A program made the translations under genes and the position numbers. Below are positions 55,430 to 64,000 of a stretch of DNA of 64,000 nt, piece after piece; within the stretch, counting starts at the first letter, position 1; every line of letters begins with the position of its first letter. The notes beneath the pieces are model-generated. The model was not told where the DNA came from. It worked only from the letters and a program-made list of their open reading frames with translations, and searched no databases. Origin of the DNA: an archaeon (GTDB taxonomy: Archaea > Thermoproteota > Nitrososphaeria > Nitrososphaerales > JACAEJ01). Location of the stretch: contig JACGUG010000004.1 of the NCBI GenBank assembly GCA_024256285.1, forward strand, positions 2,359 through 66,358, given 5' to 3'.

Positions 55430-56323
55430 GTGAGAGCTAGGTTGAAGTTAGTCCATTATAGGGAAGGTAGAGAAAGAAAATACGGATTCCTTGTTGGTAA
55501 GAGGATCATGGGCAGTGAGCTTGCATCTAAAATTTTTGGTATCGATCTGCCTAAAGATATCTCAGATTTTATCCTAAGCTGGTCTAGGCTCAATAATGAT
55601 CTAGCTCTTGTTAAGGGCCTTGAGGACCATCTCCAAGAGGGCATTCCCTTGGAAAGAGTGAAAAAGATTCTAGCTCCCATCACCCATCCCCCAAAGATCA
55701 TCTGCCTTGGATTGAATTATAAGACTCACGCCATGGAGTGGAAGGTACCCCCGCCTTCTGAGCCCATCGTGTTTATGAAGCCTAGGACGGCGATCATCGG
55801 TCCTTATGACGATATCGTTTCGCCTTCTATAACCAAAAAACTTGACTATGAGGTTGAACTTGCTGTTGTCATTGGAAAGGAATGTAAGAGGATCAGTGAA
55901 GATAAGGCTTCAGACTACATCTTAGGCTACATGGTCCTTAACGATATTACGGCCAGGGATCTTCAGCGTAGGGAGAAGCAATGGTTCATGGGGAAAGGGC
56001 TGGACACTTTTGCACCAATAGGACCTTGGATCGTAACCAAAGATGAATTAAACGTAGATAACCTCAGGCTTACTACTAGGGTGAACGGAGAGCGAAGGCA
56101 AGACGGTTCTACTAGAGACATGATCTTTAAGGTCGACTATCTGATATCCTGGTTGAGCAAAGGTATAACCTTAGAACCAGGAGACGTAATTTCAACAGGA
56201 ACTCCTTCAGGAGTTGGAGTGTACATGAATCCTCCCTCTTTCCTTAAGGAAGGAGATATAGTAGAAGTAAGCATCGAGGGAATAGGGAGTTTAAGGAACA
56301 GGGTAAGGTTTGAAAAGATATGA
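55430..56323 (+). CDS. Fumarylacetoacetate hydrolase (FAH) family protein
   Basis: KIICLGLNYKTHA…EPIVFMKP…LDYEVELAVVIGK…GYMVLNDITARD…GKGLDTFAPIGPW…GDVISTGTPSGVG. The start codon is GTG. Confidence 0.85.
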   Translation: MRARLKLVHYREGRERKYGFLVGKRIMGSELASKIFGIDLPKDISDFILSWSRLNNDLALVKGLEDHLQEGIPLERVKKILAPITHPPKIICLGLNYKTHAMEWKVPPPSEPIVFMKPRTAIIGPYDDIVSPSITKKLDYEVELAVVIGKECKRISEDKASDYILGYMVLNDITARDLQRREKQWFMGKGLDTFAPIGPWIVTKDELNVDNLRLTTRVNGERRQDGSTRDMIFKVDYLISWLSKGITLEPGDVISTGTPSGVGVYMNPPSFLKEGDIVEVSIEGIGSLRNRVRFEKI

Positions 56324-56405
56324 AGGCAATTTTTACCTCGCCTATAAGTACAAGCGTGATGAGTCGACATTTCTTCTTTCCTATAACCATCGAATTAGGT
56401 AAGAA

Positions 56406-56705
56406 ATGACCATCACACACTATCTGTTATGGAGGCCGGAAGATAGAGTCCTTCACAGATCTGCTAAAGGAATATCACATAAATCTTTTAGTGGATGTAA
56501 GACGATTTCCAAAGAGCAAGAACCAAGGGTTCGACAGAGAAGGTTTGAAAGAAGAACTATCGAAGTATGGGATAACTTGCTTCATGGGTGAGGAGTTGGG
56601 GGTTTTAGGAAGCTAACCACAAGGACTTTTCAGAAATGGTCTGTCCAAATGATCTTTAGAGAAGATTTGATAAGGTGGGAGACGATTAAAAGATGGGAAT
56701 GCTGA
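56406..56705 (+). pseudogene. DUF488-family gene remnant with a start-frame problem, a homopolymer frameshift and a 3' truncation
   Basis: The body frame reads HTICYGGRKIESFTDLLKEYHINLLVDVRRFPKSKNQGFDREGLKEELSKYGITCFMGEELG. At a G5 run (56598-56602) the frame shifts to GFRKLTTRTFQKW…. The ATG at 56406 is one frame off the body. The conserved C-terminal CHR region is missing, and the end overlaps the rtcA start. Confidence 0.55.
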
Positions 56706-57733
56706 GAATCGATGGTGGTGAAAAGAGTGGCAGTGGCACTATCTTGCGCTTGTCTGTAGCTTTGGCTGCGATTCTTAATGAAGAGTTACACATATACAAT
56801 ATTCGGAAGAGGCGCAGTCCGTCTGGCCTGAGACCTCAGCACTTAGAAGCTGTGCTCACTGCTGCCAAGCTCTGTAATGCAGAAGTCAAGGGTGCTGAGC
56901 TGGGTGCAGAAGAACTTTGGTTCAAGCCCAATGAGATCACTGGTGGTGAGTTGGAGGCTGAGATCGGTACAGCTGGAAGCATTCCTATGCTACTTCTAAC
57001 TATACTGCCCCTATGCGCCTATGCCAAAAGAGATGTTTACCTTAACGTAAGCAAGGGAGGCACAGATGTCCGGAACGCGCCGACGATAAACTATCTACAA
57101 TATGTGCTTTTGCCAACCCTTGGGAAGATGGGGCTTGAGGCTTCCCTAAAGGTCCATGCCTTTGGTTACTACCCCATCGGGATGGGAGACATTTCCCTTA
57201 GTGTTCAACCATGCCGTAGATTAAAGCCATTAAAGGCTAAGGAATTCGGGAAGTTGCAGGAGGTCCGTGGCTTATCCGTCTGCACATTCCTAAAGGAGAA
57301 GAAGGTCGCAGAGAGACAGGCAAGGGCTACAAAGGAACACCTTGAAGTTCATGGTTATAGGGCAGAGGTCGATGTTCTTTATGATACATCTAACCCACTT
57401 CAGAAGGGGAGTTCACTAATATTATGGGCGAAAACCGATAGGGACGTCATTCTAGGTGGGGATGCTATAGGAGAGCTACGTAAAACGAGCGAAGTTGTAG
57501 GTCACGAGGCTGCGGAGAATCTCCTTAAGGAGCTCAGAGCAAAGAGTACAGTAGATGTCCATCTTGCTGACATGCTCATACCGTATCTCGGTTTGGCTGA
57601 AGGCGAGTCCATCTATCTAACTCGGTCGATGACAGAGCACCTAGACACAAACATCTGGCTTACAGAAAAGATCTTGGGCGTGAAGTTCGGCATTGAGAGG
57701 GTAGGCAACCTCTACCGCATAAGAAGAGGATGA
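56693..57733 (+). CDS. rtcA: RNA 3'-terminal phosphate cyclase
   Basis: LRIDGGEKSGSGTILRLSVALAAI…RRSPSGLRPQHL…GTAGSIPMLLLTILP…DVHLADMLIPY is the typical RtcA pattern. Confidence 0.9.
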   Translation: MGMLRIDGGEKSGSGTILRLSVALAAILNEELHIYNIRKRRSPSGLRPQHLEAVLTAAKLCNAEVKGAELGAEELWFKPNEITGGELEAEIGTAGSIPMLLLTILPLCAYAKRDVYLNVSKGGTDVRNAPTINYLQYVLLPTLGKMGLEASLKVHAFGYYPIGMGDISLSVQPCRRLKPLKAKEFGKLQEVRGLSVCTFLKEKKVAERQARATKEHLEVHGYRAEVDVLYDTSNPLQKGSSLILWAKTDRDVILGGDAIGELRKTSEVVGHEAAENLLKELRAKSTVDVHLADMLIPYLGLAEGESIYLTRSMTEHLDTNIWLTEKILGVKFGIERVGNLYRIRRG

Positions 57734-57755
57734 GCCATACAATGGAGGATGCTAA

Positions 57756-58733
57756 ATGGTCAAAGTTAAGGTTCGCGGGGTATACACGACCGCTTTGACT
57801 AAGCTCCTTCTTGGCCGTGGCTTCGAGATAGTTCAACCTTCTATCTACACTCAGAAAAGATTCGACTTAAAAAAAGATGATAGTCCTAGTGAACTAAATG
57901 TATACGATAGATTAGACAGACAGGGAGTTCAAGCCCTAGGAGAAGTTGAGGCCATAGACGCTCTCTACACAGTCTTGAGGGAAAGCCTCTTTGACGCAGT
58001 CATAAGAAGGTCTGGTGCCAGGCAACTGAGTATAACTATTATGGGAAGAGATGTTCAGCTTTTAGATGCAGAGTTTCCATGGTTATCTAAGATAAAGCTC
58101 GATATTATACGAGGATCGATTACTCCAACAGTTAAAGGTCATCACTACTACAAGGCTTGTGGAGCTAGCATTTCATCGGTTGTAGATATGGCAGAGAGAC
58201 TCATCGATAGGGGGCGCCCTATCGATGAAGTGGAAGAGTTATTGAAGCTAACCATTAGAGCTCATTATCCAGTCGATGGGTGTGAGATAAATATGAAGCA
58301 TGTTAAACTCGATGGGGGTGTCTTCCACCTGGGTAGGGCCTTGGTCGAGGTGTATGATGAAAAGAAAGGCTTGATCAAGCTCTGCCGAATTATAAAGGGA
58401 AGAGGCATGTATGATGGACTTGAGATACCCAAAGAGCCAGGCGACTATGCTATCACCGAAGCTAAGCTAGGGGAATGGTATCTGAGAACTCGATACTTCT
58501 CATACGATGGTCGGTATAAGGGGATGTACATCAACGTAAATACGCCGATTGAACTGTATCCACGCTGGATCCGATACGTTGACTTGGAAGTGGATGTATG
58601 CATAGAACCAGAAGGTAAAGCACGTGTAGTAGATGAAGAGAGGCTTGAAGAAGCAGCCAAAAAGGGTGTAATATCCAAGAACCTATTATGTATCGTTAGG
58701 AGGAAGATCGAGGAGTTCTTGCCCGCTGAGTAG
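57756..58733 (+). CDS. FAU-1-like RNA-binding protein / probable ribonuclease with a DUF402 C-terminal domain
   Basis: The N-terminus reads VKVRGVYTTALTKLLLGRGFEIVQPS. The C-terminus reads YINVNTPIE…IRYVDLEVDVCIEPEGKARVVDEERLEEAAKKGVIS. Confidence 0.75.
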   Translation: MVKVKVRGVYTTALTKLLLGRGFEIVQPSIYTQKRFDLKKDDSPSELNVYDRLDRQGVQALGEVEAIDALYTVLRESLFDAVIRRSGARQLSITIMGRDVQLLDAEFPWLSKIKLDIIRGSITPTVKGHHYYKACGASISSVVDMAERLIDRGRPIDEVEELLKLTIRAHYPVDGCEINMKHVKLDGGVFHLGRALVEVYDEKKGLIKLCRIIKGRGMYDGLEIPKEPGDYAITEAKLGEWYLRTRYFSYDGRYKGMYINVNTPIELYPRWIRYVDLEVDVCIEPEGKARVVDEERLEEAAKKGVISKNLLCIVRRKIEEFLPAE

Positions 58734-58888
58734 CTCCCGATATACCAACTTGACATCGATCCTACTGTCGGCAGTTCTTTCTTCTAGATTATGGTTGTTG
58801 GTTAAAGGCGTATTTATTTAAATTAAATGAAGTAATAACTAACTACTTCTAAAGAACACTACGAGAACTTCAATCTTTCTATATATAA

Positions 58889-60004
58889 TCATGATATTAC
58901 AACATTGTACCTCAACCAGTCGATGGTCTTCTTTAAACCCTCTTTAAACTCGATCTTTGGCTCCCATTCGAGAATCTTCTTGGCTTTCGTGATGTCTGGA
59001 CATCTTCTCCTTGGGTCATCTTCTGGTAGATCTTGAAAAACGATTCGTGAACTACTTCTGATCATCCCCTTGATCTTTTCAGCCAACTCTAGAATCGATC
59101 TCTCTTGAGGGTCTCCAATATTGATGACTTCGCCTCTTGCCCCTTCTTTCATGAGCGCCGAAAGGATTCCTTGAACCGTATCCGATATGTAGCAGAAGGA
59201 TCTTGTCTGGGAGCCATCTCCATAGACTGTGATATCTTTACCGCTCAAAGCTTGTAAGATAAAACGAGATACTACACGTGAATATCGTCCATCCACCCTT
59301 AGGCGAGGACCGTATGTATCAAATATCCTGGCGATCCTAGTATCCAAGCCGTATTCCTTATTGTATGCCATTACCAAAGCTTCGCTGAACCTCTTTCCTT
59401 CATCGTAACAAGACCTTACACCTATAGGATTGACATTCCCCCAGTAAGTTTCAGGTGTTGGGACAACTTTGGCATCTCCATACACCTCGCTAGTAGAAGT
59501 GTAGAGAATTCTTGAGTCCATCTTTCTTGCCATTTCCAACATACGACGGGTTCCAAGGGAATTCACGAGCAGGATCTCTATCGGGTACTTTTGGTATTCT
59601 TCAGGCGTTTCCCTGCTGGCTGAGTGTAAGATAAAGTCATACTTCTCTTTGCTCTTGAAATTTCTGACATCTTCCTGAATAAATTTGAACCCTTTTTTCC
59701 CTAAAAGATCTTCTATGTTCCCCTGCTTACCTGTAGTTAGATCGTCTACACAACTGATATTTGCCCCAAGCTGAAAGAGAACATCACATAACCAGCTCCC
59801 TATGAAACCTGCGCCTCCTGTGACCAATATATTTTTGTTTCTAAAACCTTCTTCATCGATCTCCACACATATTCTTTTTACATTCTCTTCGATTATTCTG
59901 TCCAATCCAAATAATCTTATCAACATAAAGGGTTTAAAAGTTCCCCTTGGGAGATAGAAGATTACTATAAATGTTACTGTAAAAGTAAGTGCAAGATAGA
60001 ACAA
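58889..60004 (-). CDS. UDP-glucuronate decarboxylase-like extended SDR (NAD-dependent epimerase/dehydratase)
   Basis: VTGGAGFIGS and STSEVYGD…YWGNVNPIGVRSCYDEGKRFSEAL…RIFDTYGPR are present. The first 45 or so residues are hydrophobic and may be an anchor or an over-extension. Confidence 0.8.
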   Translation of the reverse strand: MFYLALTFTVTFIVIFYLPRGTFKPFMLIRLFGLDRIIEENVKRICVEIDEEGFRNKNILVTGGAGFIGSWLCDVLFQLGANISCVDDLTTGKQGNIEDLLGKKGFKFIQEDVRNFKSKEKYDFILHSASRETPEEYQKYPIEILLVNSLGTRRMLEMARKMDSRILYTSTSEVYGDAKVVPTPETYWGNVNPIGVRSCYDEGKRFSEALVMAYNKEYGLDTRIARIFDTYGPRLRVDGRYSRVVSRFILQALSGKDITVYGDGSQTRSFCYISDTVQGILSALMKEGARGEVINIGDPQERSILELAEKIKGMIRSSSRIVFQDLPEDDPRRRCPDITKAKKILEWEPKIEFKEGLKKTIDWLRYNVVIS

Positions 60005-60031
60005 ATCGAAAGAATAGGAAGATCAATAAAC

Positions 60032-61795
60032 TCAACCACCTTCTAACAGCAAACGCACTTCCATCTCATGCTTTCTCACAAGATCTATTCTTGCGATTAT
60101 GCCCAAAAGCCTTTCAGGATGGGCTCTATCTACAACTGGTAAGCGCCCTATCTGGTACCCTAGAATCTTTCCATAGGCGTGGTAGAGGGACTCGTCTGGA
60201 TAAGTAACGACCAACTTTTTACTCATAATCTCATCGATCATAGTCTTCTCACGTGCTTCTTCAGGAACTTGTAGTACATCGCTTAAAGTTACAATACCAA
60301 TTAACTTGTCGTCCTTGACCACTGGGAGACCTCCTATTCTTCTATACATCATCATTTTAGCTACATCGCCGACTTTATCTTCTGGCTTTACTGTTAAGAC
60401 ATCTTCCTTCATGGCATCCTTTACTTTCAACTTCTGCAACAGAGATACTGAAAACCCTGCCCTGTGCACCGGCGAATCTGCTCTGGTAGATACCTGATTT
60501 TCGTAAATCGACAAATCTCCAGTTATTACATAAGCCAAAATCGTTGCTGTTATCGATGGCACCAACAAAGTGTACGTGCCCGTCATCTCACCGACCATCA
60601 AAATGACAGCTATAGGTATCTTACCTACTCCACCTAAGAAGGCCATCATGCCTACAATAACGAAAGGCGCAGGGCTTAGCGTCGGCAATAAGAACAAATT
60701 ATGACAGATATACCAAGTCACTCCACCTATCATGCCGCCAATCACCAAGCTTGGGGCGAACACTCCTCCACTACCTCCTGAGCCTATAGTCAGTGCTGTA
60801 GCCATTATCTTGGCAAAGATCAACAAAAACATAATCTCTATAGGGAGAAGGGCAAAATCCCCATTTATAACCAATTGAAGCCAGCCATAACTCGTGCCTA
60901 AGACTTGAGGCAGAGATATAGCGATCAAACCAACTAACAGCCCACCCAAAGTTGGCTTCAAGATTTTCCAAATCTTAGATTCTTTAAAAATCTTCTTCGA
61001 TTTATGAAATGCCTTTACATACAATATTCCTATCAAACCACAAATTATGCCCAAAATCGCATAAAAGATGAGCTCCCATGGATGGGTGAAGGGGTATATC
61101 GTTGCATGTACAAAGATTGGAGACCATCCTTTAACTGAAGCAAATATGCTGTACCCAGTTATCGATGCGATAAAGGAGGGTATGAGTACTTCGACTTCAA
61201 AGTCTCTTTTATATAGAATCTCGCTACTTAAGAGGGCGCCCCCAAAAGGGGCTTTGAATATGGTGCCTATGCCCGCCCCTATACCTGTCGCCATCATTAT
61301 CCTTCTGTCATGTACATTGAGACGTAACAATCTGCTTATTATGGATCCAAAACCTGCAGATATCTGGGCAGCAGGGCCTTCCTTACCCACACTGCCACCC
61401 GATCCTATGGTTATTGCAGATGCTATTGACTTAATTAATGGAATCCTACTTCTGATCTCACCTTTTTTATGATGGAAGGCATCTATGGCTACATCTGTAC
61501 CATCGCCTTCTGCTTCAGGGGCAAGCTTATAGACGATTATTCCACTTAGCAGTCCACCTAATGTGGTTATCAATGGTACCATATAAGGCCGTTCCATAAG
61601 CATGACTATAGGTGAGGGAGGCGAAGGTGGTATGTAACCTGCTCCAAACCCTAAGAAAAAATCGGTGGCATACGTTACTGCTTCGTCAAAGATTATCGCA
61701 CCTAACCCAGCCACAATACCTACTAGAACACTTAGGGGAACCCATCTTCTAAGGTAACTCGCTTTTAACTTATCTAAAGGTCTAAAAGACTTCAT
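60032..61795 (-). CDS. ClC-family chloride channel/antiporter with a C-terminal CBS pair
   Basis: GSGGSVGKEGP and GGVFAPSL are selectivity-filter motifs. Two CBS repeats sit at the C-terminus. Confidence 0.9.
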   Translation of the reverse strand: MKSFRPLDKLKASYLRRWVPLSVLVGIVAGLGAIIFDEAVTYATDFFLGFGAGYIPPSPPSPIVMLMERPYMVPLITTLGGLLSGIIVYKLAPEAEGDGTDVAIDAFHHKKGEIRSRIPLIKSIASAITIGSGGSVGKEGPAAQISAGFGSIISRLLRLNVHDRRIMMATGIGAGIGTIFKAPFGGALLSSEILYKRDFEVEVLIPSFIASITGYSIFASVKGWSPIFVHATIYPFTHPWELIFYAILGIICGLIGILYVKAFHKSKKIFKESKIWKILKPTLGGLLVGLIAISLPQVLGTSYGWLQLVINGDFALLPIEIMFLLIFAKIMATALTIGSGGSGGVFAPSLVIGGMIGGVTWYICHNLFLLPTLSPAPFVIVGMMAFLGGVGKIPIAVILMVGEMTGTYTLLVPSITATILAYVITGDLSIYENQVSTRADSPVHRAGFSVSLLQKLKVKDAMKEDVLTVKPEDKVGDVAKMMMYRRIGGLPVVKDDKLIGIVTLSDVLQVPEEAREKTMIDEIMSKKLVVTYPDESLYHAYGKILGYQIGRLPVVDRAHPERLLGIIARIDLVRKHEMEVRLLLEGG

Positions 61796-61997
61796 CGTAA
61801 CAGATTTTTAAGATGTAAAGATATATTTATGAGGTTATGTCGTATGACAAATAAATATAATTAATTATAGTTTACTCACCTTTGGACCTTTTATGTCTCT
61901 CAAGAAATTTTTATCCCATTTAAACTCTTCACGAAGCAAACAATTTATCTCAGAGATAGCCTCATCCCCAAGATTTCTCTATAGTCGTCAAGATGCC

Positions 61998-64000
61998 TCA
62001 TAATTTCTCCCTCCGAGTTTGGATCAACTCTTTTAATAACGATCTCACTTCAGTTACAGAATCTAAATTAAATCTAGCCTTTGAAGGGCCAAAACCAACT
62101 TTAATGGAGTATGCCGATTCAGGAAGTGCCTCGAAAACATCTTCATCTGTGCAATCGTCACCTATAGCCAAGACGAAGTCCCATTTCCTCTTTGAAATCG
62201 ATCGTAGTGCAGCTCGGCCCTTATTTATCCCAATATTCTTGACTTCAATCACTTTACTCCCTTCTAAAACCCCAAGATCAAGATTTTCTGTAAGGTGTAA
62301 AAGATCATCTGTTAGCTCCCTTGCCCTTACTACACCTAACTCCACATTAGACTTTCGGTAGTGCCAGACAAGGGAGAAATCTTTTTCTTCAATGAAAGAA
62401 CCAGGAGTTCTATCCACATACATTTCAAGGATTGGTCGTATCTCGTCTTTCCAATCACTTTCTAGAGGCTCTATCATCTCCCACATCTTTTCTTTCTCTT
62501 TAATCCATACGCCATGTTCAGCAATCAACCCCAAGTCCAGTTCACCAAACCACCTCTTTAAGGTGTCTTTGTCCCGTCCGCTTATGATCACTACATCATT
62601 TTCGGGTTCCCGAGCAAGTTCTTCAAGCAATCTTAAGAGTTCGTCATCTGGTTTTACTTTTTCAGGCTTTACTCCAAAAGTAACGAGAGTTCCGTCATAA
62701 TCCAATAAGATTAGCCGCTTGTTGCTTTTAGAATATTCGCTAATCAACTTCCTTCTTATTTCATATGTAAGTCTCTTTGCATGGAATTTCTGTTGTAGCT
62801 TTTTAGTATGAGACAATCGATCCATAAAATCACTCGCCCATCGCATTACGTTGTAACGCTGTAGCCTCATTTGCATTATCCTATTACGCTCTATCTGTTC
62901 TTCGTCTGACATCGATAGGGCTTCTTTCAACGCTTCTGCGACCTCTTCCTTGTTATTTGGATTTACTACAATCACTTCTCCTAACTCATGTGCGGCCCCA
63001 GCCATCTCGCTGAGGATTAAGACACCCTTACCATCGGTTTTGGTTGCAATAAATTCTTTGGCTATCAGATTCATGCCATCCCTTAGAGGAGTAAGAAGAG
63101 CAACATCGGCGATGTTATACAAAGCGACGAGGGCATGAAAAGGCAAGAAGCGGTATAAGTACCAAATAGGCATCCACCCAATAGTACCGTACTTTCCATT
63201 AACTCCCCCTACAAGTTCATCTAGCTGCTTTTTCAGTTGCTTATATTGTTCTACCTTTATACGTGAAGGGGATGCCACCAGAATAAGAGTTACTTTTTCC
63301 TTATATTTTGGATTCTTTTCCAAAAAGGCATCAAAGGCTTCTAGTCTCAGGAGTATACCTTTAGTATAGTCTAAACGATCGATTGATAGAATTATTTTAC
63401 GCTCTCCTATTTCTTTACGAACTCTGTTAATTTCTCTCTGCACTTCTGGTTCGTGTACGACATTGACAAATCGTTTGTAATCGATCCCCATTGGAAATGC
63501 ATCTGCTTTCACTATGCGGTTACCAGCAGTGATCTGACTAAGAGTATGCTCGTAACCTAACAGACGACGAACACTATCAAGAAAATGCCAAACATAGTCG
63601 TATGTGTGAAACCCTATGAGATCTGATCCCAAAAGTCCTTCTATAATCTCTCTGCGCCATGGAAGCAAGCGAAATATCTCAAAAGATGGAAAAGGTATGT
63701 GAAGGAAAAATCCTATTGTGGCCTCCGGTAATTTCTCTCTTATAAGTTTTGGAAGTAACATTAAATGATAATCGTTAACCCAAATAATATCGTCTGGCTC
63801 CGCTACTTTAACGATAGCGTTATAAAATGCCTTGTTCACCTTTTTATAAGCATCCCACAAACTTTCGCTATATATTGTGTACTGAGGGAAATAGTGAAAA
63901 AGGGGCCAGATGGTTTTATTACAAAAGCCATGATAGTAATTTTCAATATCGCGTCGAGAGAGAAAGACGGGATAACAGCTTTCGGATAACAACCTTTCTT
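61998..64000 (-). CDS. Bifunctional trehalose-6-phosphate synthase/phosphatase (GT20 + HAD TPP), 5'-partial at the window edge
   Basis: YYHGFCNKTIWPLFHY is a GT20 motif. Later LILLDYDGTLV and IGDDCTDEDVF are TPP HAD motifs. The open frame continues to position 64000. Confidence 0.85.
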   Translation of the reverse strand, partial: ERLLSESCYPVFLSRRDIENYYHGFCNKTIWPLFHYFPQYTIYSESLWDAYKKVNKAFYNAIVKVAEPDDIIWVNDYHLMLLPKLIREKLPEATIGFFLHIPFPSFEIFRLLPWRREIIEGLLGSDLIGFHTYDYVWHFLDSVRRLLGYEHTLSQITAGNRIVKADAFPMGIDYKRFVNVVHEPEVQREINRVRKEIGERKIILSIDRLDYTKGILLRLEAFDAFLEKNPKYKEKVTLILVASPSRIKVEQYKQLKKQLDELVGGVNGKYGTIGWMPIWYLYRFLPFHALVALYNIADVALLTPLRDGMNLIAKEFIATKTDGKGVLILSEMAGAAHELGEVIVVNPNNKEEVAEALKEALSMSDEEQIERNRIMQMRLQRYNVMRWASDFMDRLSHTKKLQQKFHAKRLTYEIRRKLISEYSKSNKRLILLDYDGTLVTFGVKPEKVKPDDELLRLLEELAREPENDVVIISGRDKDTLKRWFGELDLGLIAEHGVWIKEKEKMWEMIEPLESDWKDEIRPILEMYVDRTPGSFIEEKDFSLVWHYRKSNVELGVVRARELTDDLLHLTENLDLGVLEGSKVIEVKNIGINKGRAALRSISKRKWDFVLAIGDDCTDEDVFEALPESAYSIKVGFGPSKARFNLDSVTEVRSLLKELIQTRREKL

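Noticed and set aside
53124-56409. The idea that TGA is recoded as a sense codon, prompted by two genes whose conserved bodies begin right after an in-frame TGA.
   Set aside because: Many well-supported genes in the window (sod, carA, rpoB, tfb, the ThrC-like gene) terminate at TGA exactly where homologues end. Single-base indels are the simpler explanation.
1-64000. A search for CRISPR arrays, rRNA genes, transposases, integrases or long terminal inverted repeats.
   Set aside because: I saw no regularly spaced 24-40-nt repeats, no rRNA-like conserved blocks, and no ORFs with DDE, tyrosine or serine recombinase motifs. The only repeats found are the short words reported above.

Overview
The window reads as an archaeal chromosome fragment, most consistent with a TACK-type lineage. 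Supporting features are an unsplit rpoB, an apparently unsplit rpoA, the block rpoH-rpoB-rpoA-rpl30e-nusA, a TFB core, an ESCRT-III/CdvB-like protein, SepCysS, FAU-1 and a TRAM protein. TTG/GTG starts and 4-14 nt gene overlaps are common. Housekeeping genes include a DEAD-box helicase, Fe/Mn SOD, a two-subunit 2-oxoacid:ferredoxin oxidoreductase, SufC/SufB, glycerate 2-kinase, CarAB, RtcA, a ClC channel with CBS domains, a UXS-like dehydratase, and a fused trehalose-6-P synthase/phosphatase that runs off the right edge. Two regions stand out. (1) A copper module lies at 25.7-29.8 kb and 39.3-41.5 kb. It has an Lrp/AsnC-TRASH regulator and an operon of PepSY-like protein, Met/Gly-rich membrane protein, CPC-type CopA and a 49-aa YHS/TRASH protein absent from the ORF track, plus a separate CPH-type CopB. 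(2) A sulfur-relay / tRNA-dependent cysteine island lies at 30.4-39.2 kb. It contains FdhD, a class II cysteine desulfurase, two free-standing ThrRS-editing-domain-like proteins, an HTH regulator, a ThiF/MoeB-type E1, a MoaD/ThiS-like protein ending in GG coupled to a ThrC-like enzyme, an intron-containing tRNA-Cys, a 60-aa ORF overlapping SepCysS, and SepCysS. This island carries six copies (four perfect) of the palindrome TATAAC-N3-GTTATA, which I could not find elsewhere in the window. I consider this the best candidate for an undescribed regulon or system. Other points are a radical SAM/SPASM locus bracketed by short repeats with a 21-codon overlapping upstream ORF, several truncated or frameshifted gene remnants (TFB, HflX, ZIP, DUF488 and others), an ORF-poor left end, and small Cys-rich ORFs below the 60-aa cutoff. 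I recognised no rRNA, CRISPR array, transposase or integrase. All family assignments come from by-eye motif recognition and need HMM or BLAST confirmation.
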